From Dictyostelium discoideum (Eukaryota): a stretch of DNA of 64,000 nucleotides. The translations under genes were made by a program, and so were the position numbers. This document shows positions 43,885 through 54,129 of this stretch, piece by piece. The notes under the pieces were generated by a model. It saw only the letters and a list, made by a program, of their open reading frames with translations. It made no database searches and was not told the DNA's origin. Numbering within the stretch: position 1 is the first letter of the stretch; each line of letters opens with the position of its first letter. The DNA is taken from the NCBI GenBank assembly GCA_000004695.1, contig CM000153.2, positions 128,001-192,000 on the forward strand, read 5' to 3'.

Positions 43885-46319
43885 TCAATCAATCAAAGTT
43901 TCATTTGGAAATAAACTGCATTGTAAATTACATTCAAGAGGTATAATATTATTATTTGAAGATCTTGTTAAACTTGCATTTTTAAAATCTTTTAAACTCA
44001 TTCCACCAATCTTTATTGAAATACCATTGTAAATATTATTTCTAACCATTGGAACAACTGTAATAATTGGTTCTAAATATTTAATAATAAAATTTGATAT
44101 TTTTAAATCTTTACCAATAAATACAGTTACATTGAGTGAACTCTCTTTACTGTTTGCTCTAACTATTAATACCCTTTCTTCTTGTTTGAATATTGTTGTA
44201 TTTTGATTATTTGCAAATACATTAACTTTGAATTCATCAGTCGTATTGAAATTTTTACCTGAAATTGTGATAAGACCTCCACAACTTAATGTTTTACTAT
44301 CTTTATTTATTATACCAAAAATAATAGGTGGTAATATTAAATAAAATGATGATTGCATTTTAAGGGCATTGACAGTAATATCAATTGGACCACTTTCATA
44401 TATATCTGCTCTAACAAGTGTAATTTGGTTATCTGTTAGTGATATAATATTTGATTTGATTTCTTCACCATTTAAATAAACTTTAATTAATGATATTGTA
44501 TTACCAAAATTATTACCATGAATTGTAATTAAATTACTATAACCTACTCTAGAGAATGAACATGATTTTACATTTGGTGGTTCATATGTAAAATATAATT
44601 GATCAAATACTTTAAAATTATATTTAAATGTAAATCTTTTATTCATACCAGTACCAAATGGTGTTGGACATATGGTTCGATAGTATCCTGATGTTGACAA
44701 TTGTAATGATGGTATTGAACATTCTTTAGCTGGTTCCTTACCGACTACCATAGTTGGTTTCATATCTAATGAATGAATTGGACACCTGACGTAATATAAT
44801 TCCATAACTATCGTCCCATTTGATACTGATGATGTTCCATTGATAACTTTAACTGATAATGATGCTGGAATTGAAATTGGATTAATCGAAATATCAGCAC
44901 GAGTGAAAATAATATTAAATGATGCACATTTTAAAAGTGGTATTTTAAATGTTACAGTCTTTTCATCAGGTGTTACATTAAATTGGGTAATATTAATTTT
45001 AGTTCCATCAGCAACATTTAATTGAATAGATGATTCTTTTGAACCAAGATTTGAGCCAGCCAATGTTACAATACCATTTAAATATGACCCACTTGAAATT
45101 TTGGGAATATTGTATGAAAATGTTACAGGACTAGAACTTGTTGAATTACAACCACCAAAATTAATATTAACAGGTAAATTTTTACCACCAGATTCATTGG
45201 AACTTAATTTACATTCTAATTCAGTTGATGTTGTTGATTTAATAAATTCACATTGTTGATCACCTATTGTAATTATTGGGATTAATGAAGTTGAAGATAG
45301 TTTTGAACCTTTAATTGTAACAATACCACCAATTAGATTTGATACTGATGATATTGATGTTATTATTGCTGGGAAACAATGGATAAATTTCTTTTCACTT
45401 GAAATTTCATCTACAGTAATATTTACAGACATTGGACCAACTTCAACTCTATTATAGTCATTTACCTCAATTCGTACATGTCTTTCTGTAATATTAAAAT
45501 TATTTTGTATAACACCATCGAAATAAACTTGAACTAATTTTTAATATAAAAGTTTTTACCATTAATTGTTATTATTTGTTTTGATGGATCTGAAATGATA
45601 CTTGATATTATTGGTGATGCATAAGAAAAAGGAAAATCTGCGGATAATCTGTTAAATCTAAAAGTAAATTTCCCAGAACCTATGTTAGCATAAACTGTAA
45701 TATTGTTACAGTTAGAGGAAGGATTAGACATATCAGTTCTAATATTAAAACCTTTTCCTGCACTTGTAAGAATATATTTATTTTCTTCATTGAAATATAA
45801 TAACTTTCCACTAATAAGAAATTCACCTCCATCTGTTGATGGATGTTTACTATACTTGACGCCAAGTGGTTTTGGAACACCATTTGATAAATGCAAACTA
45901 AAAGTGCAATCTTCTGTTGGATTTGAAACATCTCGTGCACAACCTTTATTACTTAAAGTGCCCCATAATCTTGTTAATGGTTCATCGGAATGGAAAACAC
46001 AATATCGGTATGTATCATCAACTTGGCTACAATTAAAATAATTTGGAGCCATATCAGTTCTTGGAACCATTAAATCATTATACATAATCAAGCTAGTAAA
46101 ATATGATTTATCTTTATTATAAACGTAAGTCAATGTATCATTTGCAAACCTAATGTCTAAAATTAAAAAATTTGAAAATTAATAATATATATTAAAAGTT
46201 AACTTTTTTAAATTATTACGAAACCAATAAATACCCAATACTTCTGGTGGACGCACAGAAAAAGTCTTTCCATAAAATGATATCGAAATGATCAAAAATA
46301 AAATTAATTTACTTTTCAT
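43885..46319 (-). CDS. Secreted IPT/TIG-repeat protein of the Tgr (tiger) type; copy 1 is apparently intact. Exons are join(43885..45485,45560..46156,46220..46319).
   Basis: Exon 1 is a signal peptide, [33 protein letters not shown]. Exon 2 is an approximately 200-aa Cys-containing N-domain, ...[45 protein letters not shown].... Exon 3 has at least 4 IPT/TIG-like repeats with the pattern P.I.SI....GG.VTI.G.NL ([27 protein letters not shown]; [14 protein letters not shown]; [13 protein letters not shown]; ...). Exon 2 and exon 3 are joined by a 74-nt GTAAAA...TTACAG intron at 45486..45559. This intron contains the in-frame stop that ends track ORF 45534..46133. No transmembrane segment was found at the C-terminus. 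Confidence 0.6.
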
Positions 46320-46538
46320 TTGCTAATTAATAACAATCAAAAAATTAAAAAAAAAAAAAAAAAAAAAAAAATAAATAAATAAATAATCAAAAAAAAAAAA
46401 AAATTATAAATAGAATATAAAAATTAATTCTAAAAATAGAAGCCATAATCTGGTTTTTAAATACATTTGACCTGTGTTTGTGATTGTCAAATTTTTTTTT
46501 TGAAAGGGCTTTCTTAAAAACTTACACATTGCAATTTA

Positions 46539-46590
46539 AAAGGAAGTGCTATACATATTTAATCTCGAGATTTTCAATTTAAATATTCTT
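46539..46590 (-). promoter_or_regulatory. Conserved promoter-proximal block shared by Tgr-like paralogues, located about 220-270 bp upstream of the copy-1 ATG. Its counterpart is at 48751..48808 upstream of copy 2.
   Basis: The top-strand text at 46539..46590 is aaaaggaagtgctatacatatttaatctcgagattttcaatttaaatattc. At 48751..48808 it is aaaggaagtgctatacatttttaatctcgagatatccaatttaaatctttt. That is more than 90% identity inside otherwise divergent AT-rich flanks. A second shared block (ctaaaaatagaa.c.ataa.ctg.tt...catttg.cctgtg.ttg) lies 60-130 bp nearer the ATG in all three copies (46428.., 47108.., 48630..). Confidence 0.55.
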
Positions 46591-46704
46591 TCTCTATTAT
46601 TGTTAATTATTCTCTTTTATTTTTTTTTTTTCTAATTAATTTTTTTTTTTTTTTTTTAGTGCAATAGTTATATTTAATTATAATTTTTAAATATCTAAAA
46701 AAAT

Positions 46705-46977
46705 TGTTAACCATAACCTTTAATTGTGGCAATACCACCAATTAGATTTGATATTGATGATATTGATGTTATTATTGTTTGGAAACAATTGACAAAATGC
46801 TTTTTAATTGAAAGTTCATTTACAGTATTATTTACTGACATTGGACAAACCTCAACTCTATTAAATTAAAAAATTAAGAAACCAATAAATACCCAATACT
46901 TCTGGTCTGACCACAGAAAAAGCCCTTCCATAAAATGATACCAAAATGATCAAAAATAAAATTAATTCACTTTTCAT
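46705..46977 (-). pseudogene. Fragment of a Tgr-like gene: a signal-peptide exon (ATG at 46977) fused directly to about 160 nt from the 5' end of the IPT/TIG exon. The N-domain exon is missing.
   Basis: 46885..46985 is about 85% identical to the copy-1 exon 1 region 46217..46319. 46700..46860 matches copy-1 45300..45460. The upstream 47100..47180 shares the promoter-proximal block with the other copies. Confidence 0.5.
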
Positions 46978-46994
46978 TTGTTTATTAATTAAAG

Positions 46995-47040
<46 letters not shown>

Positions 47041-47518
47041 ATAACCCAAAAAAAAATAAAATAAATGGTAAAAAAAAATTATTAATGAATCTAAAAATAA
47101 ATTCTAAAAATAGAACCTATAAATCTGGTTAAAAAACATTTAACCTGTGCTTGATTGTGTCAATTTTTTTTTTTGATAACCATGTATATAGGTTTTAGTT
47201 TTATGTTTTTTTTAAACTGTGTGGTTATAGTTTCGAAATTATTATTTTATATATATATTATTATTTTATTTTATTATATTTTATTTTTAACATATCAGAT
47301 ATTTTAATTAGTTTTTTTTTCAGTAAAATTATTTAAAAAGAGTTTTTGGAGGGTAATTAATTTAAATTAAAGCAAAAAGAAGTAACTAAACCAATTGAAA
47401 TACCCGCAAATATATCACTTAATAATTTACAAGATTTATTTCCACCACATTTTGGTAATGAAGAGGCTGATGAGGATGATGAAGATGGTGATAAATATGG
47501 AGATGATGATGGAGAATT

Positions 47519-48462
47519 TTATGGAGATAATGATGGAGATAATGATGGAGATAATGATGGGGTTAACGATGGGGTTGGCGATGGACCACCTTCAACTCTA
47601 TTATAGTCCTTCACTTCAATTCGTACATGTTTTTGTGTAATATTAATATTATTTTGTTTAACACCATCGAAATAAACTTGAACCAATCAATTTTTAATAT
47701 AAAAGTTATTACCATTAATTGCTATTGTTTGTTTTGATGGATCTGAAATTATACTTGATATTATTGGTGGTGCATAAGAAAAATCAAACCATTGTTGAAA
47801 GTTAAATATAAATCTAAATTTCCCAGAACCTGCTGAAGCAGAAATAGTGAAATTGTTACAGTCAGAGGACGGTAGAGACATCAGTTTTAAATCTAAAATA
47901 ACCTACATTGGTTTGTACTTCTGGGAATCTTTCAGAGAAACATAAAAACTTTCCACCAATAAGAAATTCTCCTCCACTTGTTGGTGGATGTTTACTATAC
48001 TTGACGTCATATGGTATTGGAATAGCCCTTGATTGTGACAAACTATAACTGCAATCTTCTTTTGGCTCGTATTCTTCCCGTGCACAACCTTTACTATTTT
48101 GATATCCCCATAATCTTGTTAATGGTTCATCGTAATGGAAAACACAATATCGGAATTTATCATCAACTTGACTACAGTTAAAATAGTTTGGTGCCATATC
48201 AGTTCTGGGAACCTTATAATCTTTATACATAACCAAGCTAGTAAAATATGGTTTAAATTTATAATAAACGTAGATCAATGTATCATTTGCCAACCTAATA
48301 TCTAAAATTAAAAATTTTGAAAATTAAAAATTAATATATTTATAACTTTTTTAAAATATTAAGAAACCAATAAATACCCAATACTTCAGGCGGGAAAACA
48401 GAATAAGCCGTTCCATAAAACGATACCAAAATGATCAAATATAAATTTAATTTACTTTTCAT
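47519..48462 (-). pseudogene. Degenerate paralogue (copy 2) of the Tgr-like gene. The exon-1 donor is mutated GT->TT. The mini-intron acceptor is mutated CAG->CAC. About 1.5 kb of IPT/TIG coding is deleted and the gene is fused to a Ser/Pro-rich repeat.
   Basis: The signal exon [33 protein letters not shown] is followed by TTAATA instead of GTAATA. The N-domain ORF 47862..48293 is paralogous to 45534..46133 ([34 protein letters not shown]). After the retained 78-nt mini-intron homologue there are only about 40 codons of IPT exon left ([51 protein letters not shown]). Confidence 0.55.
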
Positions 48463-48519
48463 TTATTTATTTATTAATTAAAGATAACAAAAAAAAAAAA
48501 ACAAAAAAAAAAAAACCAA

Positions 48520-48555
<36 letters not shown>

Positions 48556-48990
48556 ACCGAAAAAAAAAAAGAAAATAAAAAATAATCAAAAAAAAAAAAT
48601 AATAATAATTATCGATAGAACCTAAAAATAAATTTTAAAAATAGAAAGCTATAATTCTGATTAAAAACCATTTGTCTGTGCTTGATAATGTTAAATTTTT
48701 TTTTTTTTTTTTTTGAAAGAAGTGTTTTTTAAAAACTTTTACTTTGAATTTTAAAGGAAGTGCTATACATTTTTAATCTCGAGATATCCAATTTAAATCT
48801 TTTTTCTGTGTTTCTATCTTTTTTTATCTTTTTTTTTTTTTTTATTCACAGTGTATTATTATAATTTTAATTCATTAATGAATTAAAGTAAATAAAGAAA
48901 TAAAGAAAAATACAAAAAAACAAGATAAACTTAATTTTGTGCAAAAAAAAAAAAAAGAAAAAGAAAAAAAGTTTTTTTTAAAAATATTAT

Positions 48991-49028
<38 letters not shown>

Positions 49029-49074
49029 AAAAAAAGAAAAAATCTATCAAATTTTTTTTTTTTTTTAAATTAAA

Positions 49075-50059
49075 ATGAAAAGTAACGGAAAACAATTAAC
49101 ATCAACAATATTTCCATACGTTGCACCATATTTAATAAATGAATTGAAGTTTTTAGAAATTTTAGAATTATCATTACTTTCAAAACAAAATTTTAAAATT
49201 ATTAGAAATTTAATAACTTATGAAAGTAAAGAATTAAATATTGTATTAGGAAAATTTGATCAATTAAAATTATATATTCAATTATCATTCATATATAATC
49301 TATCATATTCAAACTATGAATTTAAATTAATTCAATATAAAGATATTGAATATATTAATTTAAAAAGAGGAAATATAAAAATTGAAAATAACAATGATTA
49401 TCTACTTGAAAATAGTAATAATAATTGTAAAGATTATTTACTTTCACATTGTTCCAAATTAAAACATATTCATTGGGTAATGGATATTAATATATTGAAA
49501 TCCACAATTGGGAAATTAATAATTGATTATACTGATAACGGATTCACAAGTTTTGATAGGTTAATTTTAAATATTGATTTTAATAATCTACCATACTCAA
49601 ATACAAATGAAATTGAATCATTACAATTCATAAATACATATACTCTACAAACTGAAAATGTTTTTAATTTTAATTTTATTAATAATTTTAAACCAAGAAA
49701 ATTAATAATCCATGATGAAAATATTGGTTTACTTTATAACAATATTTTTAAAATAAATCATTTAAATTTAAAAGAATTAAAATGTTTTAGAAATATAATT
49801 GGTTCTTCAATTTTAATTAATTCAATTTTTAATTATTTAAATCAACAAACACAACATGTTCAACAAGAACATTACTCATCAATCACAAGTTTAAAATCAA
49901 TTCATATCAATATCAATACCACCTCAATTAATACTACCAACTTTATTGAATTTAAAAATGAAATTCAATTAATTAAGGAATTAATTAAAAATCAATCTCA
50001 TAATAATAATAATAATAATAATAATAAAACTTTAAATTATTTAAAGTTTAAAATTACAT

Positions 50060-50141
<82 letters not shown>

Positions 50142-50241
50142 TAATAATAATCAATACATAAATGAAATTAATTCATTTAAAAATTTTATAGATTTAATAA
50201 ATAATTTTAATTTTAATATTATAATTAAAATTAAAGATTAA
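49075..50241 (+). CDS. Hypothetical protein with an F-box-like N-terminus and leucine-rich / FNIP-like repeats, poly-Asn near the C-terminus.
   Basis: FPYVAPYLINELKFLEILELSLLSKQNFKIIRNL resembles an F-box. The rest is Leu/Ile/Asn-rich repeats common in Dictyostelium FNIP/LRR families. The ORF is uninterrupted. Confidence 0.5.
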
Positions 50242-50284
50242 TAAAAAAACTATTATTTATTTTATTTTATTTTATTTTATTTTT

Positions 50285-52683
50285 TTAAATACCTTTTAAT
50301 TTTAAAACATAAGATAAAAATAAATTGAAATCAATTGAACCTAAACCAGTTACAGGATCCCAAGTATTTGAACTTGTTGACCAACCATAAAGACAACAAT
50401 ATGATCTACTACAACGATTACTTGAATCACCAGTGATATCATTGAAAATTCTTGGTTCATCAATTGCCATTTGATATAATAATGGATTTAAGAAACCTAA
50501 TTGAGTTTTACCATTTAAAAGTAATTGATCATTAATTAAACCAATTAAACCAGCTAATGTTGGACTTGAGCATGAGGTACCATCAACTGGTAAACTTTTA
50601 CAAGGACATTGATTGAAATCTTTATTATTACCATCACTTGAATAAATTTTATAATTATGACCAACCATTGAAATATCAGGCACACCTCTATTGGTTGGAC
50701 AGTATGAAAATGAAGGTGGTAGTGAATTGAAAGAGGTGTTGAAAAACTGCGAAATTGCATATTGCTGATACTTAGGTTGACTTTGGAATGAACTAAATCC
50801 ACCACCAGTTGTAATTTTAGCACCTTGTAAAATTGTACAACCAACTTCTGTTGTAATTTTCTCATCCCTTGATAAGAATTGAGTTGCACCAACACTTGTA
50901 ACAAATGGGCTTGAACTTGGATACTCAGCTACAAATAATGCACCATTATTCTCATTGAATTGATATTGAGTGAAATGATAATTTCTAAATGTCACATTCA
51001 CCAAATCTTTACATTCACATTCAGAATAAACATGTGGTAAATTAGTTCTATCATATTCAATTGCTAAATTACATTGTTTATTTTTCTCTGAGAATATTTT
51101 CATACCACTATCAAGTACACTTGGATCACCTAATATATTAGTACAACCACTACTTGCAATACCCATTGGAAAGAAACAATATGAATCACTACTACCACCA
51201 CTATCACTACCACCATTTAAATTATAAATTGTAAATTCTGGACACATTGTTTTTGTATGATTACAACCACCAGTTGGACAATAAACAGTACCATCAATTG
51301 GACAATTACCAGATGATCCACCCATTGAAGGTGCACCATCATCACCACTTGATACTAAAACTGATATACCTAATAAGGCCAATTTTTGAAATTCTGAATT
51401 TGTTCTATCTACATACTGTTTTGAATCATAACCAAATGTTGAACACCCATTTGAAACATCACATTGTAAAAGCTCAGCCCAACCATAACTTATAGATTGT
51501 ACTAATGGTGGTTTCTCCATTAGCAATACACTATGAAGATAATCTAATATCCATTGTGCATCATTGAATGATATGAAATCTGTTGAAATATTCTCACCCA
51601 TTGACCTAATATATTGAATATCTAAATCACTTTCATATTGATCACAACCTTTACCCAAACAATCATTACCAATTATCTTTAAATTATCTTTTGTAGTCGT
51701 TATATTAAACTTCTCATCAAATAATTCCAACGCACCCATTGAAAAATAATCATTAAATGCAATTACACCAATACTATTATTTTCAAATTTACCAATTAAT
51801 TCATTGGGTACATTATAATATGATTTTAAAACTTTTGGTGTAATTAAAATATCATCTAATCCACCATTATAACTATTACTACTACCACTACCACTACCAC
51901 TACCACTATCACTATCACTATCACCATTATTTTTGTTATTATTATTTAAATAATTTTCAATTTTAAAATTATTTTCAAAAAATTCTGATAAACCAGTAAC
52001 GAAATCAATTGAATTTAATAATTGTTTTGGTAAATAGGCTGGACCATTTAATCTATTTCTTGTATTACCATTATTTTTATTTTTATAATTTGAAAATTTT
52101 GAATTAAACATTGATGATACTTTTTCAATTGTAGTTTCAACAAGTATATAATCACTAAATACTTTAATTTCACTTCCATTTTCAATATTACCAATATTAA
52201 ATGATTTTAAATATTCTAAAACAACATTAAAATCACTTTCACTTGATTTAACTAATTCATTAATTTCATTTATACTTAAAAATTCACCATAAATTTTTGA
52301 TTTTGGATCACTAATTTCTTCAAATAAATAATTTAATTTATTTAAATTATTCTTTTTTTCAAAAAAAAAAAAAATAATAATAATAATTAGTGATTATAAT
52401 AAATTTAAAAAATAAAAAAATAAAAGAAAATAAAAAAAAAACTTACTTGTTTTAATAAAATTTTAAAAGAGATTAAATCATTTGGATTTGAAATTTCATT
52501 TTCAATTAACCAATATGGTGGAATTTTTGGATGGGCAATTATAACTTTTTCATTTCTATTATTATTATTATTATTTTCAATGATATTGAAATTGTGAAGT
52601 TGCTGTTGTTGTTGATAAGGTTTTAATGAAAAACTAATATTGATTAAATAAATAACAATGAAATAAATAAGTATTACTTTCAT
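50285..52683 (-). CDS. Sedolisin-family (S53) serine peptidase, tripeptidyl-peptidase-I-like, with a signal peptide and pro-domain. Exons are join(50285..52351,52447..52683).
   Basis: Exon 1 is the signal peptide MKVILIYFIVIYLINISFS.... Exon 2 has the pro-domain LFEEISDPKSKIYGEFLSINEINELVKSS (compare TPP1 [28 protein letters not shown]). The catalytic region has ...VSSGDDGA... and the GTSCSSPTLAGLIGLINDQLLLNGKTQLGFLNPLLYQ motif (TPP1: [37 protein letters not shown]). The intron is GTAAGT...AAAAAG, phase 0. Confidence 0.8.
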
Positions 52684-53082
52684 TATTGTTTTTTTTTGAT
52701 ATAATTTATATGTTTTTTAAAAAAAATAAAAAAAAAAAAAAAAAGAATTTATAAAAAAAAAAATAAAATAATAAAAAAAAAATAATGAAAGTAATAAAAA
52801 AAAAAAATTGTGTAAAAATCATGTCAACAATTGAATACCTAACCCCCACATACTTTAACACACACTTTATTTTTAATTTAATTAACGCGCCACAGTGATT
52901 AATGTTTAATAAAAAAAAAATAAAATAAATATAAAGAAAAATTATTTAAAATATATTTAAAAATAAAAAAAAAATAAAAAATAAAAAATAAAATTAAACA
53001 TTTCTCTTCTTGGGATTTAAAGTAATTCCCAATTAAGATTTTTAATTATTAATGATTGGCAGTTTTATTTGAAAAAAAAAAA

Positions 53083-53123
<41 letters not shown>

Positions 53124-53321
53124 ATAAATTAAAAATAAAAACAATTGTGTGTTATTGATCAAAATTGTGGGAAGAAAAAAAAAAAAAAAAAAAAATTGGA
53201 AAAAAACCAAAAAAAAAAAAACAAAACAAAACAATCAAAAAAAAAAAAAAACAAAACAAAACAATCAAAAAAAAAAAAAAATAATAATAAATTCAACCAA
53301 TAACCAAATAAAAATAAAAAA

Positions 53322-53939
53322 ATGAATTTAATTTATTCACCAACTATAATTTTTCATGATAAATTTAAAATTACTTATAAAATTATTGAAAATAATAATT
53401 TTTTCTTAGAATTTATTGAATTGGATAAAAATGGTGGTGCTATAAATCAATATTCAAAAACCTTTTCACAAATTGATATTGATAAAATGGATACTGGTGT
53501 TTTCACTAATGCAGAATCATTTTCAAATACAATTAAAAGAGCATTCAATACAGAGAATTGTGGTAGTTTTGAAGTTAAAAGAATTAAACATGATAAAGAT
53601 AATAATAATTTAATAATTTCTTTAAAAATTATAGTTTTAGAAATTAATATAACATTACCAAGAAAATCAAATTATCAAAGTTTAGATGAACGTGTATCAA
53701 TTTTAGAATCTCAAAATTTAGAATTAAAACAAAAATTATTAATTTTAGAAAAATTCATTTTAACAAATTTTCCAAATAATAATAATATACTAAATAATAA
53801 TAATAATAATAATTCAAATAATTTAAATTTAAAATCAAGTAATAATAATTTATCATTATCACCACCACCACCATCAACATCACCTTATTTATCAATATCA
53901 CCAAATTTAATTTCTTCACCATATCCTTCCTCCCCTTAA
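53322..53939 (+). CDS. Hypothetical 205-aa protein with a central coiled-coil (LDERVSILESQNLELKQKLLILEKFI) and a Pro/Ser-rich tail.
   Basis: This is an uninterrupted ORF flanked by poly-A and poly-T intergenic DNA. I recognised no domain. Confidence 0.45.
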   Translation: MNLIYSPTIIFHDKFKITYKIIENNNFFLEFIELDKNGGAINQYSKTFSQIDIDKMDTGVFTNAESFSNTIKRAFNTENCGSFEVKRIKHDKDNNNLIISLKIIVLEINITLPRKSNYQSLDERVSILESQNLELKQKLLILEKFILTNFPNNNNILNNNNNNNSNNLNLKSSNNNLSLSPPPPSTSPYLSISPNLISSPYPSSP

Positions 53940-54062
53940 GGAATAATAAAAAAAAAAAAAATAAAAATAAAAAAATTATAATAATACCTTTTTTTGTAAA
54001 ATAAAATAAAATAAAACCTATTTAAATTAAAATATAATAATAATAAAAAATTAATTTTATTT

Positions 54063-54125
<63 letters not shown>

Positions 54126-54129
54126 TTAT

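Noticed and set aside
45534-46133. Treating 45534..46133 and 43885..45432 as two separate genes separated by a stop.
   Set aside because: A 74-nt GT...AG mini-intron spans the stop and joins them in phase. The upstream ORF has no terminator or promoter spacing. The stop is conserved within the putative intron in the paralogue.
47395-47640. Plus-strand ORF encoding MEMMMENFMEIMMEIMME.
   Set aside because: It is a frame artefact of the (GATGGAGATAAT)n repeat in the degenerate Tgr-like copy 2.
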